From positions 47,864,001 to 47,928,000 of the forward strand of contig OX597828.1 in the NCBI GenBank assembly GCA_951406725.2: a DNA stretch of 64,000 nt. The letters run 5' to 3'. Shown here piece by piece: positions 27,452 through 40,178 of this stretch. This stretch comes from Octopus vulgaris. Its lineage: Eukaryota. Position 1 is the stretch's first letter. Every line of letters starts with the position of its first letter. The translations under genes and the position numbers were made by a program. The notes below the pieces were generated by a model that was given only the letters and a program-made list of their open reading frames with translations, did not search any database and was not told the DNA's origin.

Positions 27452-27840
27452 TGGAGGCGCAATGGCCCAGTGGTTAGGGCAGCGGACTCGCGGTCATAGG
27501 ATCACTGTTTCGATTCCCAGACCGGGCGTTGTGAGTGTTTATTGAGCGAAAACACCTAAAAGCTCCACGAAGCTCCGGCAGGGGATGGTGGTGATCCCTG
27601 CTGTACTCTTTCACCACAACTTTCTCTCACTCTTACTTCCTGTTTCTGTTGTACCTGTATTTCAAAGGGCCAGCCTTGTCACTCACTGTGTCATGCTGAA
27701 TATCCCCGAGAACTACGTTAAGGGTGCACGTGTCTGTGGAATGCTCAGCCACTTACACGTTAATTTCACGAGCAGGCTGTTCCGTTGATTCGGATCAACC
27801 GGAACCCTCGTCATCGTAACCGACGGAGTGCTTCCATCCA
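27452..27840 (+). mobile_element. tRNA-derived SINE family B
   Basis: GGCGCAATGGCCCAGTGGTTAGGGCAGCGGAC...GTTTCGATTCC head. Copies at 1-170 (-), 24531-24914 (-) and ~62900-63070 (-). Confidence 0.85.
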
Positions 27841-28888
27841 CATTATATAATCCTTAAGCTTAATGTCAGTAGCCATCCCCAAGTCTATGAAAAAAATACA
27901 AAAATCCTTGTATAGAACTGTGTACTTCACATTTCCAGCAACACGGTGTTTGGTGCTTCCATAGTTCTTGCAACGCAGTGTTTGGCGCATGTCCAAGATA
28001 GGAAGCTGTACGCCAGGGAGAGAGAGCACACTATGTTTCATGCAGTGCCAACCCTGGTGTGCTGGTGAAAGGTAGTGTTTCTTTGTGACTCCACATGTGT
28101 TGTGCATAGAAACGTGTTTATATTCTTGAATGTGTAGAAAGTGTAGAATTCGATTATTATCCTACTTCTAGCTACAGTGTTGCTGCCAGGATTTGAAAAA
28201 TAGGGCATATTTCCACCCCTCTCTTATTTTGTGATTTAGAGGGGATTTTTGAAAAAACAATGGGAATTCGCAGTGGTGTTCAGTGAATAAATTAATGGCT
28301 AAAATGTGAACCAATCAAGTTTATGTATAAATTTTCTTTTTATGTTTGTTTCCTTTTACACAATATTTAAACAATGGCTAAAACTTTTCTGAAGCAGCAC
28401 TCCTAATAATTTTATCTACGAGCCACCACTGCTGCTGGATGCCTTTCCTAATGCCAACCACTTTACAGATTGTGCTGAGTGTCCCATTGAGTGTCTCTTA
28501 CATGTCACCAGCACTGGCCTTCACTGTGGTTTCACTCAGCTTCACATGTCTTCTCAAGCACAACAAATTGCCAGAAATTTCGGTCACTTGTCATCATCTC
28601 CATGAGACTCAAGAACAGGAAGATAATATTTCACTACCTCACTCCACATCTTCCTGGATCTATCTCCTCCACAGGTTCCCTCTGCAATTAGAGATCAGTA
28701 CTTCTATATGCATTTGTCCTTGTTCATGTGCTTCTCATGACCGTGGTAAGTAGCTTGTTTACCAACCACATGGTTACGGGTTCAGTCCCACTGCGTGGCA
28801 TCTTGGGCAAGTGTCTTCTACTATAGCCTCGGGCCGACCAGAGCCTTGTGAGTGGATTTGGTTGACGGAAACTGAAAAGAAGCCCGTC

Positions 28889-28941
<53 letters not shown>

Positions 28942-29159
28942 TGTGTGTGTTTGTGTGTCTGTGTTTGTCTCCCTAGCATTGCTTGACAACCGATGCTGGT
29001 ATGTTTATGTCCCCGTTACTTAGCAGTTCGGCAAAAGAGACCGATAGAATAAGTACTGGGCTTACAAAAGAATAAGTCCCGGGGTCGAGTTGCTCGATTA
29101 AAGGCGGTGCTCCAGCATGGCCGCAGTCAAATGACTGAAACAAGTAAAAGAGTAAAAGA

Positions 29160-29395
29160 GTATACCAGCGCAGTCTTCTGTACATCCGATACCTCAAGAC
29201 ACTTACTCTCTGTTGTACCTGCTCACTGATATTGCTCATCCAGCAAATCATGCTAGCTTAATTTCTTTCAAGCCTTTGCATGTCCTCTGTAGTCACAGCT
29301 CATGTTTCCCTGCCATGTAGCATGGCTGTTTGCTCATAGGCATCATACAATCTGCCTTTCACTGTGAGAGAGGCCCTTCATTACCAACAAAGCTC
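29160..29395 (-). mobile_element. Diverged RTE ORF fragment
   Basis: LSLTVKGRLYDA...TAMLHGRE is homologous to the LINE at ~39060-39300. Confidence 0.65.
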
Positions 29396-31180
29396 GCCAC
29401 AGACACATGTATCCTTAATGTAGTTCTCACGGAGATTCAGATGTGGCACAGAGTGTGACAAGGCTGGCCCTTTGAACTACAGGTACGATTCATTTTTGCC
29501 AGCTGTCTTAAGAACACAGTGTTCCACCAGCATTCAAACTCTTGACCCTACAATCATGAGCCGAATAACCTAACCACTAAACCACATGACTTACACACAC
29601 ACACACAGAGGATGTCTAAAAAGATGTATACACATTTTAACAACTGATAACTCACTTGATTTTCATTTCATTTTAGATTTAACTCATTAGATATAATTCT
29701 TTCTACTAGGGGCACAAAGCCTGAAATTTTGAAGAAGGAGCGGATCTTTACCCTTTAACAGCAGATCGAGAAATTAATTTTTTGTAACTAAACACTTTCA
29801 AACTTCGGACACTGGTAGAATGTGTTATATAAAACATCTTTTAATCTTAGTGTTGTTGAAAAAAGTTTGTATTTTCAAAGTTATTTCATGTTAAAGTTGT
29901 CATTTTTCGGTAATTTCAACCAATCAATGACATGTATTCAGCTTCCGGCGGTGTATATCTCTTACATGTCACCATCATCCTGAAATCATCACACCCAACA
30001 AGCTTTAACCTTTTAGCATTCGGATTATTCTATCTAATGTAAAGCTCCGTGCCAGTGGCACGGAAAAAGCACCATTTGAGCGTGATTGTTACCAGCGTCG
30101 CCTAACTAGCACTTGTGCTGGTGGCATGTGAAAAAACATTCGAGCGTGGTCATTGCCAGTGCTACTGGACTGGCTCCTGTGCAAGAGGCACATAAAAAGC
30201 ACCATTTGAGCATGGCCGTTGCCAGTGCCACCTGACTGGCCCTCGTGCCGGTGGCACATAAAAGCACCCACTACACTCTTGGAGTGGTTGGCATTAGGAA
30301 GGGCATCCAGCTGTAGAAACTCTGCCAGATCAGATAGGAGCCTGGTGCAGCCATCTGGTTTTCCAGACCTCAGTCAAATCGTCCAACCCATGCTAGCATA
30401 GAAAGTGGACGTTAAACAATGATGATGGTGATGATGACGTAACGACCCCCTTTAGTCATAAAGGACCACAGGAGGCACCTAGAAAGTTCTCCACCAAGAC
30501 ACAAGTCCAGACAAGGTTGTTTATGCAGTTGCCCATGCATACCAGCTTCTCCTCTCCACGCCACTAATGTTATCTGAGGGAAAGGCAAAGGCCAATATAG
30601 CTTGGCACCAGTGATGTTGCAACTCATTTCTACAGCTGAGTGAACTGGAGCAATGTGAAATAAAGTGTCTTGCTCAAGAACACAATACACAACCTAGTCC
30701 AGGAATCAAACTCACTACCTCAGGATTGTGAACCCAACACTCTAACCACTGACCCATGTACCTTCACTTCCTAATGTAATACTTATTTATTCACATTGTT
30801 TTGGATTAACCATGCATTATCTTGTAGCTTCAAGATTTTGACGATGTGATTGTTTATTTTTAGAATGACATTACAGGGTAGGTATGAGAAGTTGGATCAG
30901 GCCAGTTTGAATATTGGTAGAATATTTTGACCAGATATCCTTTTATTCTTTTCAGTCATTTCACTGCAGCCATGCTGGAGCACCGCATTTAGTCGAGCAA
31001 ATCGACCTGAAGACTTAATCTTTGTAAGCCTAGTACTTATTCTATTGGTCTCTTTTGCTGAATCGCTAGGTTATGGGGATGTAAACACACCAGCATTGGT
31101 TGTCAAGCGATGTTGGGAGGAACAAACACACATACACACATATATATATCAAAATAAACAACAAGGATATCCAGAGATAA

Positions 31181-31267
31181 TGCAGTATGATCGTTTCATG
31201 CAACTCCATTTAATTGAACAATGCAATCATTACATCAATTTAAAATGCAGAGCAATCTTCAGTTGCA
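31181..31267 (-). ncRNA. Degenerate hammerhead motif (same type as 11541) in a (TA)n-inserted element (~31150-31390)
   Basis: TGCAA CTGAAGA TTGC...GCAT GAAA CGATCA TA CTGCA. Confidence 0.55.
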
Positions 31268-31388
31268 CAAAGACATAGAATTGAATTAAATTAAAACAGA
31301 TGGACACATTAGTATAATTATACCTAAAATCTCCAAGAAGTTAAGGAGATAGACAAAGAACATGCAGTCTCACTCCAGTTTAGAAGTT

Positions 31389-31448
<60 letters not shown>

Positions 31449-31625
31449 CAGGCTTCTTTCAGTTTCCATCTATCAAATCTACTCACAAGTCTTTGGTCAG
31501 CCAGAGGCTATAGTAGAAGACATTTGCCCAAGGTGCCATGCATTGGGACTAAACCCGGAACTATGTGGTTGGTAAGCAAGCTACTTACCACACAGCCACT
31601 CCTGTACCTATGCCCAGTTTAAATG

Positions 31626-31853
31626 TTAACCCTTTCATTACTGTATTTCTGTTGAGATTCTCTGTACTTCTTTCAGCTACTTTAAATATAACAAAGAATT
31701 TAGTAAAATAACTTCGTTATCATTAAGCTGGTGTTAGGGATATTAATTGTAACTAAGATTTGGTGGAAGATTATAATTCAAATCTTATGAAAACAAGACA
31801 TTAGTACTCAGAGCCAGAGGTGGTCTCAGCCGGGTTGGTAACGAAAGGATTAA
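31626..31853. mobile_element. piggyBac-like MITE with TTAA TSD
   Basis: TTAA CCCTTTCATTAC ... GTAACGAAAGGA TTAA. Confidence 0.7.
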
Positions 31854-32416
31854 AGGGTTAAAAAGGAAGGACATTTCAGTTATTGGTATCTGTCCCAGAT
31901 ACCAATAATAAAAGGGTGGGGTCATGGTTGGAATACCTTTTGCTCATTGGTTTGCTTGATCAGCATTAACCAGATGTTAAACAGCATTCATGTATCCTTA
32001 AAGAAATTTCTATCACCTTCTGTAAAGTACCCCGTGTCTCAGACAACAATTTTATTTCACAACACAAGAATTCCTCACAAACCATTCATTAGCTTCCCAC
32101 TATTTCACATGTCATGTACTTATCTATTCATATGTATGTTTATGTGTGTGTGTATATATATATATATATGTGTGTAGTTAACTAAAATCAATAGTTTTTT
32201 TTTGTTACTTTTATTTTATATTTAATATTTTGTTAGATATCAGATAAGATTTAGCAATTTTAGTCTGTTTCATATCCAAAATATTTATGTCTAAAAGATC
32301 CTTATCTGAAGGAATACCAGAGTGCTAGACATGGGCATTAGATACCAAATATTTCTTCCATAGATTAATTTTGATGACATGTGAAATAGTAAAAGAACAA
32401 AAATCGGTTTACTAGT

Positions 32417-33945
32417 ACTGTGTTGAGTCAAAAGTTACACAACAATTTGGTAACTTGTTCATTTTATTTGTCAAGTTACAACAAAAGTAGTTAAGCATTC
32501 AAAGTAGTGGTTATTACATTGCACTGTTCTCTGCCAGTTCTTTGATCCAACGCTGATACCAGTTCTTGTCCTTTGAGGTGAAGAATTCCATCCACTTCCT
32601 TTTGGTTGATGAAGTGTCACAAGTGCAAGAAGTGGACTGGCTCCTGTGCAAGAGGCACATAAAAAGCACCATTTGAGCATGGCCGTTGCCAGTACCAACT
32701 GACTGGCCCTCGTGCCGGTGGCACGTAAAAGCACCCACTACACTCTTGGAGTGGTTGGCATTAGGAAGGGCATCCAGCTGTAGAAACTCTGCCAGATCAG
32801 ATAGGAGCCTGGTGCAGCCATCTGGTTTGCCAGACCTCAGTCAAATCGTCCAACCCATATGAACAAGTAACAAGTAATAATTCAAGGGATGTAGTTTTCT
32901 GCAATCCTAACATGCATAAGCAGTGGTTATTTAAGGGCCAGCTTCCGGAACCTAATACCAAAAATGGGTGTTTTGAACACAAGGTGACACTCTGCATCTG
33001 GTAGAATTATGAGAGAATAATTTACTACAAGTTCATTCCAGAAGGTTGAACCATTGATGCCAGCCTCTACTCTAAACAGCCAGAGAAGATGTATGCTGTT
33101 GTGTGGCAAAAATATTGGCACTGATTAACAGAAAGCAAGCTCTTCTGCTGCAAGACAACACAAAGAGCTCATACCACTCAGGCAACCCGAATAGATTCCA
33201 GTAACTTGAGGTATCAAACTGATGCCTCAGCCAGCATACAGTGCAGACCTAGTTGTTCCGATCCATGACCCACTTCCTGTGCTTGCAATGCTTCGTCAAC
33301 CAAGAATGGGTGGAAGCTTCAGTGAAGGAATTCTTCACATCGAAGGAGAAAAATTGGTATCAGCTGGGGATCAAAGAACCAGCAGAAAGCTGGTTTCAGA
33401 TGGTGCAAAATGCTAAACTGCTTTTATTTACATTATTTACATTTGACGGACATTTATCCTCATCTTGTTTGTTGTTAACAACGTTTCCGCTGATATATAC
33501 CCTCCAGCCTTCTTCAGGTGTCTTGGAGAAATTTCAAACCTGGGTTCTCATTCCTAAGGTATATTTTGATGTTGTTATTATTATTATTATTGTTGTTATT
33601 GTTCAGGTCACTGCTTGGAATCGAACTCGGAATCTTGGGGTTAGTAGCCCGTGCTCTTAACCACTACGTCATATGCTCGTAATAATAATAACATCGAAAA
33701 ATACCTTAGGAATGAGAACCCAGGTTCGAAATTTCCCCAAGACACCTGAAGAAGGCTTGAGGGTATATCAGCCAAAACATTGTGCTAACAATAAACAAGA
33801 TGAGGACAAATATCCGTTGAATCTAAATAATGTAAATAATTCCTCATCTCTTAAATATAGAACTGTAAACTGCTTTTTTTTTTAAATCTTAATGAATAAA
33901 GCAAATGTTACCAAATTATTGCAAAACTTTTGTTTCAACACAATA
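32417..33945 (+). mobile_element. Degenerate mariner with imperfect TIRs, hosting an RTE end and the hammerhead SINE dimer
   Basis: TIR-like tgtgttgagtcaaaagtt..caatttggtaac and gttaccaaattattgcaaaacttttgtttcaacaca. Transposase remnants LLLQDN, PAYSADL, WYQLGI. Confidence 0.6.
33422..33865. mobile_element. Inverted dimer of a tRNA-headed, hammerhead-containing SINE (locus 1)
   Basis: Minus copy ~33422-33678 with A/B boxes; plus copy ~33680-33865. TSD TAAACTGCTTTT at 33414-33425 and 33866-33877. Confidence 0.85.
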
Positions 33946-36390
33946 ATAGGGTTAACGTGATTAACCGTCACAGTTATCAGATAAAAGTTTAGTAACATCA
34001 ATCTTTGTTTCCAAATACTCTTTTACTTATTTCAGTCATTTGACTGTGGCCATGCTGGAGCACCGCCTTTAGTCGAGGAAATTGACCCCAGGACTTATTC
34101 TTTGGAAGCCTAGTACTTATTCTATCGGTCTCTTTTGCCGAACCGCTAAGTTACGGGGACGTAAACACACCAGCATCGGTTGTCAAGCGATGTTGGGGTG
34201 GACAAACACAGACACACAAACACACACATACATATATACGACAGGCTTCTTTCAGTTTCCGTCTACCAAATCCACTCACAAGGCTTTGGTTGGCCCGAGG
34301 CTATATCAGAAGACACTTGCCCAAGGTGCCACGCAGTGGGACTGAACCCGGAACCATGTGGTTGGTAAGCAAACTACTTACCACACAGCCACTCCCATAT
34401 CATATCTGAAATATTTATGTCTGGAAGAACGATATCTGACGGTGCCAAGCATTGGTTAGATACCAAACATTTCTTCCGTAGATAAATGTTGATGACATGT
34501 GAAATAATAAAAAGATAAACATTGGCTTATTAATATCAATAATTCTTGTGTTGTGAAACGAAATTGTTGCTGTGAAACACGCAATACCTTACAGAGGGTG
34601 ATGGCATTTTCTTTTTAAATAAATCTGTGTCATTTAGCCCTAGACAAACCTTGATCAAGCAAACCAATTTTATTTCAACCATGACAACCCTGCCTTGTTA
34701 TCGGTATCTGACACTATGCTGTCAGAAATGCCTTTTTATTTAAAGATGTAATGATTTCTGCAAGATTTTGGTAATTATTTTTGAGAATGACCAAGTAGAC
34801 CTATGAGCAAAGATATTCTAGCTATGACCATCCCTTCTGATTATTGGTATCTGGGACTACATCAAATGAAGTATTCTTTCACTTTTTAAAAATGGTTGGA
34901 TGTGATGATTTAAGGGAAATTTTAGTTACCATGGCTACCAAGTTGATCAAATAGACCTATGAGCAAAGTTATTCCAGCTAAGACCGTCTACAACTACATT
35001 ATCTGAAATTATCATCATCATCATCGTTTAACGTCTGCTTTCCATGCTAGCATGGGTTGGACGGTTTGACTGAGGGCTGGCGAACCAGATGGCTGCACCA
35101 GGCTCCAGTCTTGATCTGGCAGAGTTTCTACAGCTGGATGCCCTTCCTAATGCCAACCACTCCGAGTGTAGTGGGTACTTTTACATGCCACTGGCACAGG
35201 GTCAGTCAGGCGGTACTGGCAACGACCTCACTCGAATCTTTTTACACATGCCACCGGCACAGGTGCCAGTAAGGGTATAGTAGAAGACACTTGCCCAAGG
35301 TGCCATGCAGTGGGACTGAACCTGGAACCATGTGTTTGGCAAGCAGGCTACTTACCACACAGCCATATATACATACATACATATATACACACACACACAC
35401 ATATATATCGCTTAGCCAAGACCTCCTACTTCTTACTTCCCCACCACCACCCTATATAAACTAACGTACGCATGTTGACCCTCCTATTCCATTTCGATAG
35501 CTTGGCTGTAAAATACGAATCTCATCATCATCATCATCATTTAGCGTCTGCTTTCCATGCTAGCATGGGTTGGACAGTTCAACTGGGGTCTGTGAAGCCA
35601 GAAGGCTGCATCAGGCCCAGTCTGATCTGGCAGTGTTTCTACGGCTGGATGCCCTTCCTAACGCCAACCACTCCGTGAGTGTAGTGGGTGCTTTTTACGT
35701 GCCACCCGCACAGGTGCTCAGAGGATGTAAAATTTCAGATAAGAGATTTTAACCTTTCAACTTGTTACCTACCTCCCACTGTATTTCTGCAAGTATTCAT
35801 CATAAACCCTTATTATTATTTTCCCTCTATTCTGTCTTATTCTGTCTATTTCAGCACCATGCCATCATGTAAATATAGTTCTATAGTTCCGTCTTACTGT
35901 TGAAGATAACTTTGGCTCACGCATTTCAGTTCTATATTTTCATCTTACTTGTTGATAGCTGCGATAACCTTAGATCGTGCATTTCCTTATCTGCAACATA
36001 TTTTTCCACTCATCTATGAAAGTTTATCATACAATCACACAGTCATTCGTCTCTAATTTTGTCTTTCTCCAAATCCGGGAACCATTCCTCCTACGTGTCC
36101 TGACGCCCCCCCCCCCCCGGCTCACTATGTACCTATCTATCTATCGGCCTTCACCCTGTCTGTCTGTCTCTTTTAATTCCTAGCGCATGTTTGCTAGTTC
36201 ACGGTTCTACCGCCCTACCACCCCCTCCACCTGTACCAGAAGTCCCTATTTCGTCATCCTTGGTTGTCTCCCATGAACACTTCTAAAGGCCTTACGCCAA
36301 CCCCACCCCTACTATATAAAGTAGTGACCATACAGTGCAAAATATGATAATGTAGTGTACGCAGGTTGAACTTAAGACTATTGTTTGCTT

Positions 36391-39300
36391 ATGAATTCTG
36401 CCAAATGCGAGCTCTCTTTTCAGGTACATGTCCCCCGTCCCAGGGTCTCTAGGGCCCATACCTCCCACACCCTCATGGTTGGCACTCTTGACGTCGGCAC
36501 ACTGAAAGGTAGGTCTGGTGAGATTATTGAGATGCTTGAACTGAGATGTGTCGATATGTGCTACATCCAAGAAGTAAGGTGGAGAGGAGGGTTCGCTAGG
36601 TTCCTCACTGGCAAAGAACACAGGTACAAGATTTTCTGGGCAGGGAACACTGACGAGGTTGGGGGTCTGGGTATACTTCTTTCAGAGAAATGGGTAGACA
36701 AGGTAATTGAAGTAGTCAGAGAATACTTAAAATGCGACAGAATACTTAAAATTAGATTAGTGCTCCATCATGGGTTAGCAACCCTTATCTCGGCCTATGC
36801 CCCTCAGCCAGGGCTACCCAATGGACAGAAAGACCGATTCTATGACACCTTCTTGCAGACTACCGTGTTGATGAATGACAGGGACCTTCTCTTTGTGGCT
36901 GGTGACTTCAATGGACATGTTGGACAACATGCAGAGGGCTTCCATGGCATACATGGAGGCTACGGTTTTGGCTTTTGCAATGAGGAGGGAATCAGGCTGC
37001 TGGAGTTCTGTGACGCAAATGATCTTATGGTTTGCAATACTAACTTCAGAAAACCTGCCAGCCACCTAGCCACCTACTGCTCTGGCAGACACACTAGTCA
37101 GATTGACTCCATCCTCACCAGAAAAAGGGAGAGATGGCTGCTTATAAATGCCAAAACCTTCCCAGGCAAAGAATGTACCCCACAACATAGACTGGTAGTT
37201 AGTGACTTCAGGATCAGGGCTAAATGGATGCCCAGAAGATGACCAGCAAGGAGAAGAAAGGTCTGGAGACCTAAAGATCCTGAAAATGGACAGAGATTTA
37301 GAGACATATTACACGAAGCCTTTGATGAAATAGAAGGGGATATAGCTTCACATGGTATAGAAGACAACTGGAGGTTCCTACGGGATAACCTGCTAAGGGC
37401 CACCGACCGGATCTGTGGATAGTGCAAAGTTCCCTCTCGACCCCAAATAACGTGGTGGTTGAACAATGTTGTTGACAAGGCCATTAGACAAAAGAAACAG
37501 GCTTGGAAGGACTGGAAGAACGGTGGTAGCAGGGAAGTGTATCAGACTGCCAGAAGGGAAGCTAGGAGGCAGGTTTATTTAGCCAGAGGGGAAGCAGATA
37601 AGAAAAAATTTGCCAATGTTCTGTGCCGTGAGGACCAAAGACTTGAGGTATTTTGTGTTGCAAGACAGTGTGTGAGAGAGAATCGTAATGTGGTAGGAGA
37701 GAAATGTGTTCGCATGGATGACGGTTCACTTGTGCTAAATGAGGATGCAAAGAGAGAGGGTTGGAGGTGCCATTATGAAAGGTTGCTGAATAAAGAAAAT
37801 GAATAGGAGAAAGAGAGTCTGCCGAATGTCGACCCAACAGAGAGACCAGCTATCTGAGTTGACAGTACCTTCGTAGATAAGGCAATTAGAAGCATGAAGA
37901 CAGGGAAAGCCCCAGGCCCATCAGGAATTACTGCAGAGATGCTCAAAATATCTGGCAGTGTCGGCTATAGCCTAGTCACCCATATAGTTAACCAGGTGAT
38001 ACATGAAGGAGTCATACCCAATGACTGGTGTAGTAGTATAATAGTCAACTGCTACAAAGGTAAAGGTGATGCTTCAGAGACAAATAATTACAGAGGTATC
38101 AAGCTCTTCGATCAGGTAATGAAGGTTACGGAGAGGGTCATAGCCCGACTGATTAGGGAGAGAGTCAGCTTGGATGGATGCAGTTTGGTTTTGTGCCAGG
38201 GAAAAGCGCCACTGATGCCATATTTCTGGTAAGACAGCTGCAGGAGAAAAAACCTAGCCAAAGATAATCCCCTGTACCTAGCTTTCGTTGACATGGAGAA
38301 AGCCTTTGACAGGGTCACTCGATCCCTTATCTGGTGTTCAATGAGGAAACTAGGGATAGATGAATGGTTAGTGAGAGCTGTGCAAGCCATGTACAGGGAA
38401 GCTGTCAGTAAGGTGAGAGTTGGCAACGAGTACACTGAAGAATTTAGGGTAGAGGTAGGGGTCCACCAAGGTTCAGTCCTCAGCCCCCTCCTATTTATCA
38501 TAGTCCTCCAGGCAGTAATGGAGGAATTCAAGACAGGATGCTCCTGGGAGCTCCTCTATGCTGATGACCTTGCTCTAATTGCTGAGTTGCTATCAGAGCT
38601 AGAGGAGAAGTTTCAAGCGTGGAAACAAAGATTAGAATCAAAGGGCCTTAGAATCAACCTAGCTAAAACCAAAGTTCTAATAAGTAGGAAGGCAGGCAAA
38701 CCACAAATCCCTTCAGGTAGATGGCCCTGCTCGATCTGTAGTAGAGGCATAGGTAGAAACTCTATAAGATGTACCCAGTGTAAGCTATGGACACATAAGA
38801 GATGCAGTAATATCAAAGGAAGGCTAACTAGGAAGATAGTTTTTGTATGTGGCAGACACTTGGGAGCAATAAACACTGAAAATGTGCAGAGAACAACTTC
38901 CGCCACATTCCAGGGAGAAAAACTAGTAGTTGATAGCTTCTGTTACCTACGTGACCAAATCAGTAGCGGAGAAGGGTGCGCTGAAAGTGTAGCTGCTAGA
39001 ATAAGAATAGCTTGGGCAAAGTTCAGAGAGCTCTTACCTCTGCTAGCGACAAAGGGCCTCTCGCTCAGAGTAAAAAGTAGACTGTATGACGCTTGCGTAC
39101 GAACAGCCATGCTACATGGCAGTGAAACATGGGCTGTGTCTGCTGAGGACATGTGTAAGCTTGCAAGGAATGAAGCCAGTTTGATCCGATGGATGTGTAA
39201 TTTCAGTGTGCATACTCGACAGAGTGTAAGTACCTTGAGAGAAAAGTTGGACCTAAGAAGCATTAGATGTGGTGTGCAAGAGAGACAACTGCGCTGGTAT

Positions 39301-40178
39301 GATCATATGGTGAGAATGGATGAGGATAGCTGTGTGAAAAAGTGCCACACCCTAGCGGTTGAGGGAACCTGTGGAAGAGGTAGACCAGGAAGACCTGGGA
39401 TGAAGTGGTGAAGCATGACCTTCGAACATTAGGCTTCACCAAGGAAATGACTAGTGACCAAGACTTTTGGAAATATGCTGTGCTTGAGAAGACTCGTCAA
39501 GCCAAATGAGACCATAACCTGTGGCCTATGCAAGGAGCGTAACCAGCCTGCTTATGCGTACCTTTTCCTTCTTTGGACACTAAACTCTACTTGTAAAGAC
39601 CTGTTGAGGCAAGTGAAATCAAAATCAAAATCAAATTCGATGACTGGCATCCATGCTAGAGGGGTGCAAAGAGCATCATACAAGTATGATCGTTTGACAG
39701 AGAGGCTGATCGGCTTCTGTGCCAGTGCCACATAAAAGGGCACCATTCGAGTGTGATTGTTACCAGCGTCACCTTATTGGCACTTGTACCCGTGCTAGAA
39801 GGGTGCCAAGAGCACCATCTGAGCATGATCGTTGCCAGAGCAACCAACTGGCTTCCGTGCCAGTGGCACGCAAAAGGGCACCATTCGAGCGTGATCGTTA
39901 CCAACGTCGCCTAACTGGCACCTGTGTCGGTGGCATGTGTAAAAAGATTCGAGCGAGGTCATTGCCAGTACCGCCTGACTGGCCCCCGTGCCGGTGGCAG
40001 GTAAAAAGCACCCACTACTCTCGGAGTGGTTGGCGTTAGGAAGGGCATCAAGCTGTAAAAATTTGCCAGATCAAGACTGGAGCCTGGTGCAGCTATCTCG
40101 TTCGCCAGTCCTCAGTCAAAATCGTCCAACCCATGCTAGCATGGAAAGCAGACGTTAAACGATGATGATGATGATGAT
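36391..40178 (+). mobile_element. Near full-length, inactivated RTE-clade LINE (APE endonuclease + RT + PHD-like finger), 3' UTR and (GAT)n tail
   Basis: APE motifs (IQEVRW, AYAP, AGDFNGH, SQID, HRLV) and RT motifs (GKAPGP, DMEKAFD, QGSVLSP, LLYADD). In-frame stops at 37240, 37420, 37804 and 37855; frameshifts near 38180, 38250 and 39385. Confidence 0.93.

Larger units (their letters stand above)
30005..31861. mobile_element. TTAA-flanked piggyBac-like MITE containing nested insertions
   Basis: Left end TTAA CCTTTTAGCATT; right end AATG[insert]TTAAAGGG TTAA. Confidence 0.6.

Noticed and set aside
27452-27525. Functional tRNA genes at SINE heads
   Set aside because: No paired acceptor stem, and the sequence continues into a SINE body.
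37240-37242. TGA after the endonuclease domain as programmed readthrough or a two-ORF layout
   Set aside because: It is one of several stops and frameshifts consistent with CGA>TGA and TGG>TAG decay.
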